A stretch of 64,000 nt of DNA from Chloroflexota bacterium (GTDB lineage: Bacteria; Chloroflexota; JAJPGV01): the NCBI GenBank assembly GCA_021325635.1, contig JAJPGV010000057.1, positions 7,238 through 71,237 of the forward strand, read 5' to 3'. The notes below the pieces were generated by a model that was given only the letters and a program-made list of their open reading frames with translations, was not told the DNA's origin and did no database searches. Shown here piece by piece: positions 26,891 through 37,055 of the stretch; positions within the stretch are counted from its first letter, which is position 1; every line of letters begins with the position of its first letter. The translations under genes and the position numbers were made by a program.

Positions 26891-28018
26891 TTACTTCGAG
26901 AGCTTGTCGACGTAGCTCAGGTCGAGCCAGGCGTCCTTCGGAGGAATTTGTGACTTGTCCACGGCGCCGAGGCTCGTGGCGAGGTCGATGTAAGCGTCGA
27001 TGCCCCTGAGGTTCGGCCGCAGATCGCGCGAGAGCATATGCTGGGTGATCATCTCGTTGTAGGCTGCTTCCAGGTCGTCTTGGGACAGCTTGCTTACGTC
27101 TCCGTAGATCTGTATGGCCGCGGCCTTGTTGGCCGGGTCGAACAGCCAGTCGGTAGCGTTGCGCAGAGCGCGCAAGAAGGCGACTACCGTGTCGGGGTTG
27201 GCGCTGGCCCACGTGTCGGAGGTGACATAGCCGTTGTACTGCATGTCCTTGAACACCGAGCTGACATAGCCCAATGATGAGAAGCCGTCCTTGATAGCCA
27301 GGTTCTCCTCAGGAATGCTCAGCAGCGTGCCGGCGATCTGGCCGCTCTTCAGGGCGGCGTAACGGGTGTTGGAGCTGGCCATGGAGATCACCTGGTAGTC
27401 GCCCGGCTTCAGGCCATTGGCGGCCAGCATGCCGCGCAGCAGAACCTCGAAGAAGCTTCCGGTGACGCCGGCTGCCAGCGTCTTGCCCTTGAGGTCGCTG
27501 TACGACTTGATGTCCTTGCCCACGAGGAGCTGGAAGTTCGGTGTTTCTTGGGCAGAGGCAATGAACTTGACCTTGGCTCCTCCGGCCACCGCTGTGAATA
27601 CGGTGAAGCCGGAGATGGTGAAGTTCACGTCCCCCGCCACCAGGGCCTGGATCTGTGTCGCATCCGAGGACAGTGGGGTGCCCTGGGTGGTGAGGCCCTG
27701 CTGGGCGAAGAAGCCGCGGCTCACCGCCACGTTGTAGGGCCAGCCGGTCGGCGCGGTGCCGCTGTTGAGCCCAACTTTGACCAAGGTAGCGGGCTTGGCC
27801 GCTGCGGCGGTCGAACCTGCCGGTTTAGCGGCGGCGGACGTCGATCCCTCCGGCTTCGCGGCCGCGGCGGATTCAGCCGGCTTGGCGTTGGTGGAAGACG
27901 GCGCAGTCGATCCGGCCGGCGCGGTGGCCGCCGAGCCGCAAGCCGACGTGACCACAACCGCGCTCAGTGCGATTGCCAGCAGGGAGCCGAGAGGCGGGCG
28001 AATCAGCGCCGCACTCAT
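26891..28018 (-). CDS. ABC substrate-binding lipoprotein, SsuA/THI5 (NMT1) family
   Basis: TSAC lipobox, AAAKP repeat linker, SDLKGKTLAAG and AALKSGQIAG motifs. Confidence 0.8.
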   Translation of the reverse strand: MSAALIRPPLGSLLAIALSAVVVTSACGSAATAPAGSTAPSSTNAKPAESAAAAKPEGSTSAAAKPAGSTAAAAKPATLVKVGLNSGTAPTGWPYNVAVSRGFFAQQGLTTQGTPLSSDATQIQALVAGDVNFTISGFTVFTAVAGGAKVKFIASAQETPNFQLLVGKDIKSYSDLKGKTLAAGVTGSFFEVLLRGMLAANGLKPGDYQVISMASSNTRYAALKSGQIAGTLLSIPEENLAIKDGFSSLGYVSSVFKDMQYNGYVTSDTWASANPDTVVAFLRALRNATDWLFDPANKAAAIQIYGDVSKLSQDDLEAAYNEMITQHMLSRDLRPNLRGIDAYIDLATSLGAVDKSQIPPKDAWLDLSYVDKLSK

Positions 28019-29043
28019 GCCGCTACCGCCAGTCGAGTGATGCTCGGCAGCTTCACGTCCAGCTTGCGCCAGGACTCGCCGCAGCTCTCGGTCATGTACA
28101 CCTCGCCGTTGCGGAAGCCGGCGAACATGCGCTCCGGCTGCTGCTCGTCGAAGGCCAGCGCCTCGGCGAAGCCGGTGCTGGTCTCCGACAGGCCGCCGTC
28201 GAGCCGCTCCCAGTGCCGGCCGCCGTCGGTCGAGCGAATGATGGCCGAATCGGCGAACTTGGGGGCTTTCCAGCGGCTCTGGTTGCCGACGGCGAGCGCC
28301 GAATACAGCACGTTGGGGTCCTTGGGATGCCGGATCAGCGGCTGTGAATAGGTCTGCTCGAATTCCAGCCCGACGGGCGTCCAGCTTTCGCCGCCGTCGT
28401 CGGTCCGGTACAGCGCCCGGCCCTTGGTCTCGCCGCGGCGGGCGCCGTCTCCTCCCGTTGCGACGACCATCGTGTCCGGGTTGTGGGGATTGAGGTTGAT
28501 GACGTGAACGTCGGGATCCAGGTCCTGGTTGAGGACTTTCCAGCTCGATCCTCCATCCTTGCTCTTGAGCATGTAGCCGACCTGCAGGCCAGCGTAGATG
28601 GTCGTTCCGTTACGTGGATCGATGGCAAGGTCGCGCAGGTGCGGCTCGACCTTCTTGTTGGGGTAGCTGACCTCGGCTACCCAGGGCTCGGACCACACCG
28701 AGTCGATCAGCCTCCAGCTCTGGCCCATGTCCGAGCTGACGAACAGATCGATCGGCTCACAGCCGGCGTAGAGCTGTCCGCTGCCGTCCAGCTCCAGGCA
28801 GTGCACCTTGCCTGGCCCGCGCTTGCCGTAGCACGGCTTTCGCCAGGTAGCGCCGCCGTCGGCTGTGAACCAGACGCCGTCACCCCTCGTAGCGGCGAAC
28901 ACTTCGTTGCTGGATCCGGGCACTTGCACCAGATCAGCGATCTCCCAGGGCTGCAGTCCCTGTTCCTTGACCTGCCATGACCCACCCGCGTTGGAGAGGC
29001 TGAACAGTCCCTCCTCGGTCCCGACGTAGAGCTTCGTTTCCAC
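28015..29043 (-). CDS. BNR/Asp-box beta-propeller protein
   Basis: Repeated S/T-x-D-G-G-x-S/T-W motifs (TADGGATW, SKDGGSSW, TDDGGESW, STDGGRHW). Confidence 0.82.
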   Translation of the reverse strand: METKLYVGTEEGLFSLSNAGGSWQVKEQGLQPWEIADLVQVPGSSNEVFAATRGDGVWFTADGGATWRKPCYGKRGPGKVHCLELDGSGQLYAGCEPIDLFVSSDMGQSWRLIDSVWSEPWVAEVSYPNKKVEPHLRDLAIDPRNGTTIYAGLQVGYMLKSKDGGSSWKVLNQDLDPDVHVINLNPHNPDTMVVATGGDGARRGETKGRALYRTDDGGESWTPVGLEFEQTYSQPLIRHPKDPNVLYSALAVGNQSRWKAPKFADSAIIRSTDGGRHWERLDGGLSETSTGFAEALAFDEQQPERMFAGFRNGEVYMTESCGESWRKLDVKLPSITRLAVAA

Positions 29044-29104
29044 GGTGTCCTCTTTTCCCGGAGTGTTTCGGCTGGATGCGCCCATGGCCAGCCAGCGCTG
29101 CCTA

Positions 29105-30865
29105 TTATGAAGCCTTTTGGTCAGTGCCGCGCGCTTGTCGCAGGAGCGCCGTTCGGCTCTGGTCCACGATCAGCGTTTCGCCCTGCTGGCGGACAATCAC
29201 GCCGTAGTCACGCTCCGCCGCGTCGATGCTCACATAGCCATCCAGCACGTCATCGAGCACGTGTTGCGGATCACGCCTCGCCGCTGGCCCGTAGCCACCA
29301 CCACCGGGGGTCTCGACCCTGAAGTGTGAGCCCGCGGCCATAGGGTAGTCGGCATAACGCGTGGGCAGCGCCTGCTCGTGGTCGGTGCCTGGGTGGACGA
29401 TGCAGGCACCTGGCCGGCCGTCGCGCCCGCCCTGAACCCCGCGTGGGGGGATCTTGTGCTTCGTCGAGCGCAGTGAGAAGCGCGCGTCGTAGTCGAGCAC
29501 CTCGTACTCTCGCACGAAGCCCAGGCCGCCGCGGAACTCGCCCGCTCCGGCGCTGTCGGGAATGAGCTCGAAGCGCAGAATGCGTGTCGGGAATTCCGAT
29601 TCGATGATCTCCACCGAGGCAATCTTGCCGTTGGAATGGTTCACCATCGTGCCGTTCACGCCGTCGACGCCCGAACGTCCGCCCGAACCACCGCCGAACA
29701 GCTCGTACTGCACGTAGGACTTGCCCGCGGAGGTGCTTCTGCCGCCCAGGAAGATCGACCGTGTGCCGGATCCATCGGCGGTGCGTCGGTCCGGCACGAT
29801 CTGGCCTAAGGCATCGAACAGCGCGTCGGCTACGGCATGCATGGTGGGGTTGTAGGTATTCACCGGCGCCGGAAAGTGGGGATTGACGATGCTGCCTTCG
29901 GGTGTCACCACGTCGATCGACCGCATCAGGCCCTCGTTGATAGGCATTGAGGCATCGGTCAGCGTTACCATGGCAAAGGCGCAGGCAGCCTTGACCAGCG
30001 GTGGCCGGACGTTTGCCGGGCCTCGGGTCTGCTCGTCGCTGCCGGAGAAATCAAAGTGGATGCGATCTCCACGTTTGGTGATACGGACGTGGACCCGCAC
30101 CGGCTTGCCGAGATCGACGCCGTCGTCGTCCAGGAAGCGCTCGGCTTCGGCCTCGCCGTCGCTCCAGTGCGAGATCATGGTTCGCAGCAGGCCCTCCGTC
30201 TGCTCGTGCAGCTGGTCGAAGCTGGACAGCACCACGTGCTGCCCGAACTTGTCCATGATCTCGGCTAGCCGGCGCTCCCCGACCCGCGCCGCTCCGACCT
30301 GCCCGCGGATGTCTCCCAACACCAAATCGGGCGTGCGGCTGTTCGCGGCGATGATGGCCTCGATGTCGCGATTCGCGATCCCCTGCCGGTGATATTGGAC
30401 CGGCGGGAGGTGAAGACCCTCGTTGAAGGTCTCGCGCGCCTGCCCGGAGCAGCTCCCGGGCACAGGACCACCGATGTCGCTCTTGTGGGCGATGCTGCCG
30501 GCGAAGCCCACCAGCTCGTTGCGGTAGAAGATCGGAGTCAGGACGGCCATATCGGGCGCGTGGGGCGATCCGCCGGCGTAGGGATGGTTGACCAAGAAGG
30601 CGTCGCCCGGCTGCATGGTGGCGCTTGGATGCGCGGCCAGCAGCCCGCTGGTGCAGGCCGGGAAGGCGCCCATGTGCAGCGCCAGCACGATGTGCTGGGC
30701 CACCAGCCGGCCGTCGCGGTCGAGCAGCGCGCAGCTGGCGTCCTGTGTCTCACGAATGATGGTCGAATAGCCTGTACGGAAGAGGCTTGATTGCATCTCC
30801 TGGACGACGCCGGCGAGGCTCGTGCTGATGACTTCCAGGGTGATGGGATCGATGCTTGGAGTCAT
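29105..30865 (-). CDS. Hydantoinase B/oxoprolinase family protein
   Basis: DPITLEVI, RTGYSTIIRETQDAS, NHPYAGGSPHAPD, HKSDIGG and ETPGGGGYG motifs. Confidence 0.92.
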   Translation of the reverse strand: MTPSIDPITLEVISTSLAGVVQEMQSSLFRTGYSTIIRETQDASCALLDRDGRLVAQHIVLALHMGAFPACTSGLLAAHPSATMQPGDAFLVNHPYAGGSPHAPDMAVLTPIFYRNELVGFAGSIAHKSDIGGPVPGSCSGQARETFNEGLHLPPVQYHRQGIANRDIEAIIAANSRTPDLVLGDIRGQVGAARVGERRLAEIMDKFGQHVVLSSFDQLHEQTEGLLRTMISHWSDGEAEAERFLDDDGVDLGKPVRVHVRITKRGDRIHFDFSGSDEQTRGPANVRPPLVKAACAFAMVTLTDASMPINEGLMRSIDVVTPEGSIVNPHFPAPVNTYNPTMHAVADALFDALGQIVPDRRTADGSGTRSIFLGGRSTSAGKSYVQYELFGGGSGGRSGVDGVNGTMVNHSNGKIASVEIIESEFPTRILRFELIPDSAGAGEFRGGLGFVREYEVLDYDARFSLRSTKHKIPPRGVQGGRDGRPGACIVHPGTDHEQALPTRYADYPMAAGSHFRVETPGGGGYGPAARRDPQHVLDDVLDGYVSIDAAERDYGVIVRQQGETLIVDQSRTALLRQARGTDQKAS

Positions 30866-32940
30866 GCGCCAACCTCGATGAGCAGGTTGAGCCACTGGTC
30901 CACGGCAGCCTGCTGCCCTGGGAGTAGTACCACGGTAGAGTCCTCCTGCTCGATGATTGCCGGGCCATCGATCCGATGGCCGGGTCCGAGCGCCTTCCTG
31001 TCGTAGACGGGGCAGGGCGTCATGCCGCCGAGCTCCGGGAAATAGGCCGGTCGCTCGGACACCAGCGCCGCGCTTGCCGGGGTCGTTGCCGGGGGACTGG
31101 GTCTCAGCTCGATCTTCGGCACCAAACCGAAGGCGACCACTCGGTAGGTGACCACCTCCACGACCTCGCCGGAGGCCTTGTGCCCGAACTGGCTTTCGTG
31201 CTGCTCGTCGAAGCGTCCGCGCATGGCTTTCAGCACCGTCGAGTCCCATGGCCCACTGGGGGCGGCGACGGTCACTTCATAGCCCTGGCCGGCATAGCGC
31301 AGGTCCAGCTGGCGTTGCAGGGTAACGTGCGCCGCGTCAAACCCATCGGCCTGAAGCTGCTGGCTGGCTTCCGCTTCGAGCTCCCGCATGGTGGCCTCAG
31401 CGGCGTCGACGTCCAGCGCTTCGATGGGCTCGAGCCGTGAGCGCACGTAGTCGCGCCGGACGTCGGCCATGAGCAGTCCCATGGCGGACGTAACGCCCGG
31501 ATGTGGAGGCACCAGCACGCCTTTCATCCCCAGCTCTCGCGCGATGCGCCCCGAATGGACGGGCCCGGCGCCCCCGAAGGCGATGAGGGTGAAGTCCCGC
31601 AGATCGTGTCCCCGCCGCGTGGAGATGGCCTTGATGGCTTCCTCCATCTTGACGTCGATGACTCGAACGATGCCTTCGGCGGCCTCGAGCACGTCCAACC
31701 CCAGCGGCCTGCCGATACACTCCTCGATTGCCTGGCGGGAGCGGTTGGGGTCCAGCGGCATGCGACCGCCCAGGAAGTTATCGGGATTGAGATAGCCCAG
31801 CACCAGGTCCGCGTCGGTGACGGCCGGCTGCAGCCCGCCCAGTCCGTAGCACACCGGCCCTGGCCGCGCGCCTGCGCTTTCAGGTCCGACCCGGAGGCGC
31901 ATCAGGTTGCCGGCAGGCTCGGCGTGGGCCATCGTCCCGCCGCCGGCGCTCACGGTATTGATGTCGAGCATGGGGACGCCAACGTCCCGTCCGCCTATCT
32001 TGCTGGAGTTGGCGATGGCCGGCCGTCCATGGCGAATGAGGGCCACGTCGCAGCTCGTCCCGCCCATATCGAAGGTCACGATGTCGTCGATGCCGGCCGC
32101 GGCGCCCAGGGCCACGCCGGCGATCACTCCGCCGGCTGGGCCGGACAGCAGCGTTGTCACCGGCTGCTCGGCCCCCTGGCCAAAGGAGGCAACGCCGCCG
32201 TTCGACTGCATGAGGTATTGCTGCGGCGTGTTGACGCCAAGCTCCTCGAAGCGTTCGCGCAGCCGTCCCAGGTAGCGGGCCATGGTAGGCCGTAGATAGG
32301 CGTTGATGACCGTCGTGCTCAGGCGGTAGTACTCGCGGATCTGCGGCAGGACGTCCGAGGAAATGGACACCGGCACGCCCGGTAAGCGGGCTTCCATGAT
32401 CCGTTTGAGCTGGCGCTCGTGGTCGGGGTTCCGGAACGAGAACAGCAGACAGATGGCGATGGACTCGACGCCTGACGCCTCGACGGCGTGCGCCAAGGCC
32501 GCGGCGTCGGCCGGCTCGAGCGGCCGCAGCACCTTCCCCTGAGCATCAACGCGCTCCGGAACCTCAAAGGTGCGGCGCGGTCGCGCCAGCAGGGCCGGCT
32601 TGTGAAACCAAAAATCGAAGGCCGCGGGCCCGTATCCCCGCATCTGCTCCTGCACTTCGTAAATCCCCCGAAAGCCTTGCGTCACGAGCAGGCCCGTTGT
32701 GGCGCCCTTCTCTTCGAGGAGCGCATTTGTGCCGACCGTGGTGCCGTGCGAGAAGAACACGATCTCCTCGGGCCGGGTGCCGGACTCGATCAGGTGGTTG
32801 ATACCCGCCACAAGCGCATCGGACGGATCCTCAGGAGTCGAGGAGACCTTCCATACGTCCACCCGACCTGTGGCTTCGTTGAGATAGACGAAATCGGAGA
32901 AGGTGCCCCCGGTGTCGACGGTGACGCGATAGCTTCCCAC
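30862..32940 (-). CDS. Hydantoinase A/oxoprolinase family protein (ATP-binding)
   Basis: VDTGGTFSD, HGTTVGTNALLE, SGPAGG, DMGGTSCD and AFGGAGPVH motifs. Confidence 0.92.
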   Translation of the reverse strand: MGSYRVTVDTGGTFSDFVYLNEATGRVDVWKVSSTPEDPSDALVAGINHLIESGTRPEEIVFFSHGTTVGTNALLEEKGATTGLLVTQGFRGIYEVQEQMRGYGPAAFDFWFHKPALLARPRRTFEVPERVDAQGKVLRPLEPADAAALAHAVEASGVESIAICLLFSFRNPDHERQLKRIMEARLPGVPVSISSDVLPQIREYYRLSTTVINAYLRPTMARYLGRLRERFEELGVNTPQQYLMQSNGGVASFGQGAEQPVTTLLSGPAGGVIAGVALGAAAGIDDIVTFDMGGTSCDVALIRHGRPAIANSSKIGGRDVGVPMLDINTVSAGGGTMAHAEPAGNLMRLRVGPESAGARPGPVCYGLGGLQPAVTDADLVLGYLNPDNFLGGRMPLDPNRSRQAIEECIGRPLGLDVLEAAEGIVRVIDVKMEEAIKAISTRRGHDLRDFTLIAFGGAGPVHSGRIARELGMKGVLVPPHPGVTSAMGLLMADVRRDYVRSRLEPIEALDVDAAEATMRELEAEASQQLQADGFDAAHVTLQRQLDLRYAGQGYEVTVAAPSGPWDSTVLKAMRGRFDEQHESQFGHKASGEVVEVVTYRVVAFGLVPKIELRPSPPATTPASAALVSERPAYFPELGGMTPCPVYDRKALGPGHRIDGPAIIEQEDSTVVLLPGQQAAVDQWLNLLIEVGA

Positions 32941-33114
32941 CTGGCTGTTCCCTTTCGTGCGACTTGGCCTGTCGGTAGGCTTTAGGCGGACCGGGACCAT
33001 ACGTACCGATCGCCCCGCGGCGCCTGCTGCCGGGCTTTTCTCAAGTATCGATATGGCCGGATCCTCAAGAAACTACGCGCCGGGCACGATCATCAAGTAT
33101 TCGGAGGGGAACAT

Positions 33115-33903
33115 TTGCGTCTAGAGAATAAGGTTGGCATTGTCACGGGCGCCGGCCGCAACATTGGGGAAGCGGTGGCGCATGCCTTCGCGCGAGAGGG
33201 GGCGAAGGTGGCCGTCGTCGACCTCGACCCCGCGCTGGCGCAAAAGGTCGCGGACGATCTCAACAGCAAGCATGCGGGCAGTGCCATGGCCGTCACGGCG
33301 AACGTCGCCAACGGAGCGGACGTGCAGCGCATGGTCTCGGACGTCGTCGGTCGTTTTGGTGGCGTCGACATCCTGGTCAACAACGTGGCCGTCACGGACC
33401 ACAAGACGGTGCTGGACCTGGAAGAAGATGAATGGAACCGCGTGATAGACGCCAGCCTGAAGAGCGTCTTCCTGTGCTGCAAGCACGTTGGCCGCCGGAT
33501 GATCGATCAGGGGCGGGGCGGTCGCATCATCAGCATGTCCTCGACGTCCGGCCACATGGGCCGGCCCGAGGCGACGGCCTACACCGCTGCCAAGGCGGGG
33601 GTGCTCAACCTGAGCCGGTCGGTGGCCATACAGCTGGCGCCCTACGGGATTCGCGTCAACACGGTCACCCCTAACCAGATTGGGACGCCGGTTGGGCTGG
33701 ACTACGTTCCTGAATGGCGTCAGGTGAAGAATCTGGTGGGCCGCCCAGGCGTGCCGGAAGATATTGCCGCGGCCGTGGTGTTTCTGGCATCGAGCGATGG
33801 CGACTTCATTACTGCCGCCGACCTGTTGGTCGATGGCGGCGCCCTGTCCGGCGGATCCCCGTTTTCAGGACCCAGGCCAGAGGGCGCTACCCAAGCTTCC
33901 TAG
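33115..33903 (+). CDS. SDR family NAD(P)-dependent oxidoreductase
   Basis: TGAGRNIG, VNNVA and YTAAK motifs. Confidence 0.9.
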   Translation: MRLENKVGIVTGAGRNIGEAVAHAFAREGAKVAVVDLDPALAQKVADDLNSKHAGSAMAVTANVANGADVQRMVSDVVGRFGGVDILVNNVAVTDHKTVLDLEEDEWNRVIDASLKSVFLCCKHVGRRMIDQGRGGRIISMSSTSGHMGRPEATAYTAAKAGVLNLSRSVAIQLAPYGIRVNTVTPNQIGTPVGLDYVPEWRQVKNLVGRPGVPEDIAAAVVFLASSDGDFITAADLLVDGGALSGGSPFSGPRPEGATQAS

Positions 33904-33945
33904 AGGATTCCTGCTGCAGGGTGCGCGCGATACAGTGAAAACCGT

Positions 33946-35970
33946 TTGGCGATTGATCTCCACCCGGTGGCCGTGCAAGCCCTCTCGTTGGCCCCACGCT
34001 CTTCGCATCGGTCGCTGTTCGGCGTGATTCCATCACGCGTTCGCCTGCCACTGGCCCTTGCGCTGGGTCTTGCCGTTACCCTGGTGAGCCATTCATCGGG
34101 TGAGGAATTTACCGGCCGCCCCACGCCCCAAATGGCGGAGATCGCAGCTCCGAGCGAAGGGTCCCCGGCGGCCACCGAGGCGCCTTCGCCGCCGTCTGCC
34201 GCGCCGGTCGCGGAGGCTTCGGCCTCCCCCGCTCCTGCCCAGCAGCCGCCGCCGCCAGCCCCGGCCATTCCCGGCAATCGAACCCTTGGTCCGCTGGCCT
34301 TCATCAGCCAGACGATCAACAACTGCGGTCCCGCGTCGATCGCGGAGGTCCTGCAATTCTGGGGGGTGCAGCGGACACAGGAACAGGTGCAGGCCGTGCT
34401 GCGCGGGCCTGACGACACCTTTGGTATGCTCGCCGGCGGCGTGCCCGACTATGCCCGTGCGCTGGGCATGGAGTCGCTGATGTCCGCGGGCGGCACGCCC
34501 GAAATGGTCAAGGCGCTGGTGGCAGCCGGCATTCCTCCCATCGTTAACCAGATGGTCAGCCTGCAGGATCACACCTTCCACTTCCGGCCCATCAGCGGCT
34601 ATGACGACGCGAAAAAGGCGTTCATTTCGAGCGATCCCTACCTGGGCGCCAACTACACCATCGGCTACGACGAGTTCAGCGACGTGTGGGCGCCGAGCAA
34701 CGGATTCTTCATGGTGATCTACCCACCGGATAAGCGAGATCAGCTCGTGCAGGCGTTGTCGCTGGCGGGCTGGGACCAGGCGACCGCCGAAGCAGCGGTT
34801 TCCAGCCGTCCTCGTTCTCCGCTGCTGGCAAATGCGGCTCCGCCGGTGACCGCAGCTCAGCTTTCCCTGGCCGCTCAGAAGTCGACCGATCTGGCGCTCC
34901 TGCAGCCAGGAGGCCGCGCGCGGCCAGCCTCGAGTCCTCAGCCGCAGCCACAACGGTTCACGGGCCCTATCTCCATAGCGCTGTCAGCCACGGATCCGGG
35001 CGGGTTCGGCATCGCCTACATCACCTATGCCCTCGATGCCGGGCCGCAGCAATCCTACCGTCGCCCGGTAGCCGTCCAGCAGGCTGGTCCCCACACACTG
35101 CAGTTCCACGCGGTGGATTACGCCGGGTATATTGAGCCGACACGATCGGTGGATTTCACCATCGGGACGGCCAGCGCTCCCACGACGGTCGCCGATCTCT
35201 CCGGCAGCAGCGGCGCCAATGGCTGGATCAAGGCGGGCGATCCGGTGACGCTGAAGCTCAGCTCCACGTCCCTGGATCAGCAACCGATCACGTCGACTAC
35301 CTACAGCGTCAACGGCGGTGCCAGTCAAGCCTATGGCGGACCGATCCCGTTCAACGACGGCAGCTACACCGTCACCTATTCCTCGATCGGCCAGGCGGGT
35401 ATCGCGGAAGCGCCGCACACATTGAGCTTCAAGGTCGATCAGACGGCACCAAGCTTGACGGTGTCCGGCGTCAATCAAGGGGCGAGTTACGTCCTCGGGT
35501 CCGTCCCGACGCCATCGTTCCAGGCGTCGGACGCCGGCTCGGGTATCGATAAGCAGGCCGCATCGCTCAAGACACCGCCCGCTGGTATTGGAACCTACTC
35601 GTACACCGTGACGGCTGTGGATAAGGCCGGTAACAGCGCTCAGACGACGGTCAGCTACAGCGCCGGTTACGGCGTCTGTCCGCGCTTCGACGCTGGCCAG
35701 CCGTTCAAGATGGGCACGATATTTGACATAAAAGTGCAGCTGTGTGATGCGACAAAGAAGAACCTTTCGAGCCCCGCGATACCGCTCACGGTTCTGTCGC
35801 TGACTGGGCCGGCCGGCAAGGCCAATCCCGGCGCGTTCACCTACCAACCGGCGGACAGCAGCTACACCCTGACCCTGTCCGGCCGGACCATGCCGGCAGG
35901 CCAATACAAGCTGTCATTCACCGCTGCCGGAGATCCGGTCCAACACGACCTCACCTTCACGGTAGGGTAG
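33946..35970 (+). CDS. Secreted C39-like cysteine peptidase with Ig-like/OmpL47-like and PxKF-like C-terminal domains
   Basis: QTINNCGPAS, HFRPISGYD and SDPYLG motifs; TYALDAG..Y, HTLQFHAVDYAG and KVDQTAP Ig-like repeats. Confidence 0.72.
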   Translation: MAIDLHPVAVQALSLAPRSSHRSLFGVIPSRVRLPLALALGLAVTLVSHSSGEEFTGRPTPQMAEIAAPSEGSPAATEAPSPPSAAPVAEASASPAPAQQPPPPAPAIPGNRTLGPLAFISQTINNCGPASIAEVLQFWGVQRTQEQVQAVLRGPDDTFGMLAGGVPDYARALGMESLMSAGGTPEMVKALVAAGIPPIVNQMVSLQDHTFHFRPISGYDDAKKAFISSDPYLGANYTIGYDEFSDVWAPSNGFFMVIYPPDKRDQLVQALSLAGWDQATAEAAVSSRPRSPLLANAAPPVTAAQLSLAAQKSTDLALLQPGGRARPASSPQPQPQRFTGPISIALSATDPGGFGIAYITYALDAGPQQSYRRPVAVQQAGPHTLQFHAVDYAGYIEPTRSVDFTIGTASAPTTVADLSGSSGANGWIKAGDPVTLKLSSTSLDQQPITSTTYSVNGGASQAYGGPIPFNDGSYTVTYSSIGQAGIAEAPHTLSFKVDQTAPSLTVSGVNQGASYVLGSVPTPSFQASDAGSGIDKQAASLKTPPAGIGTYSYTVTAVDKAGNSAQTTVSYSAGYGVCPRFDAGQPFKMGTIFDIKVQLCDATKKNLSSPAIPLTVLSLTGPAGKANPGAFTYQPADSSYTLTLSGRTMPAGQYKLSFTAAGDPVQHDLTFTVG

Positions 35971-36187
35971 GGGGCAGCCCGAACCTGGGGAGCCCTGCCC
36001 GGCGGGAGGATCCGATATCCCGCGTGTGGTGCGGACCAGGCCTTGCGCTCGTCGAGGTGGTCCGGGTGGGTGAGCTCACCGATGCCTCTGCCGAAGCGAC
36101 TATGAAGACGAGCGCCGGCCCCGGCCACATCCAGCAGGCGCCATCAATCCATGCGGGCGGCACCTTCTGTGCTACAGCTGGACGGCG

Positions 36188-37051
36188 ATGCAGGACTTTC
36201 TGGCGCGCGACCAGTCACCTCTCGATGTTGAGCAATGGGACGCTATCGACGGCGCGGTCGTGGCTGTGGCGCGGCGCCTGCTGGTGGGGCGCCGGCTTCT
36301 GCCCATCTACGGTCCCTTGGGGCCCGGCTTACAGGCGATTCAGCACGACCTCTTCTCGGGCCGTACCGCCGGAGCTATCGACATGATTGGCGAGGCGGAC
36401 TGCGACGAGGTTCTATCCACCGAGCGGAGCTACCTGCCGCTGCCAATCCTGCACAAGGATTTCATGCTGCACTGGCGGGATCTGGAAGAAGCGACCCAGT
36501 ACAACACGCCGATTGACACGGGAGCGGCGGCCGCAGCGGCGGCGTCGTGCGCGCGGATGGAAGACGAGCTCATCTTCAACGGACGTAGCGATCTTGGCTA
36601 CCCGGGCCTCACCAATGCGCCTGGGACGTGCTCGAGTCCAATGGCCGACTGGGTCAACATGGGCCAGGCGTTTCGTGACGTCGTAGCCGGGGTCGAACAG
36701 CTCAGTTCACGCGGATTCAGCGGTCCCTACGCCGTGGCGGTGAGTCCCCGGCAGCTGGTAGCAATGAATCGCATGTTCGAGAACAGCGGCGTGCTCGAAA
36801 TCGACCAGGTACGGAAGATCGCCACCACCGGCGTCTTCGTCACGCCGGTCTTGCCGGAGCCCTCTGCCGTGGTGATCGCGCCCGGACCAGAGAACCTGGA
36901 CCTGGTGATGGGGCTCGACATGACCGCGGCGTACCTGGAGGCCAGCAAGATGAACCATCACTTTCGTGTACTCGAGACGCTGGCGCTGCGCATCAAGCGA
37001 CCCGAAGCTATCTGCATTCTCCATTCGTCACGCGAGAGGACAGCCGAGTAG
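36188..37051 (+). CDS. Family 1 encapsulin shell protein (linocin M18 family)
   Basis: FLARDQSPL..EQWDAID..V..VARRLLVGRR.L...GPLG, A..EDELIFNG, GPYAVAVSP, ETLALRIKRPEAI. Confidence 0.92.
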   Translation: MQDFLARDQSPLDVEQWDAIDGAVVAVARRLLVGRRLLPIYGPLGPGLQAIQHDLFSGRTAGAIDMIGEADCDEVLSTERSYLPLPILHKDFMLHWRDLEEATQYNTPIDTGAAAAAAASCARMEDELIFNGRSDLGYPGLTNAPGTCSSPMADWVNMGQAFRDVVAGVEQLSSRGFSGPYAVAVSPRQLVAMNRMFENSGVLEIDQVRKIATTGVFVTPVLPEPSAVVIAPGPENLDLVMGLDMTAAYLEASKMNHHFRVLETLALRIKRPEAICILHSSRERTAE

Positions 37052-37055
37052 ACAT

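Noticed and set aside
27785-27895. Imperfect 33-nt tandem repeats
   Set aside because: They encode the AAAKP linker of the SBP. They are coding low-complexity repeats, not CRISPR.
35862-36163. Short ORFs between the C39 gene and encapsulin as a possible upstream cargo
   Set aside because: No consistent frame, RBS or targeting peptide. The clear cargo lies downstream of the shell.
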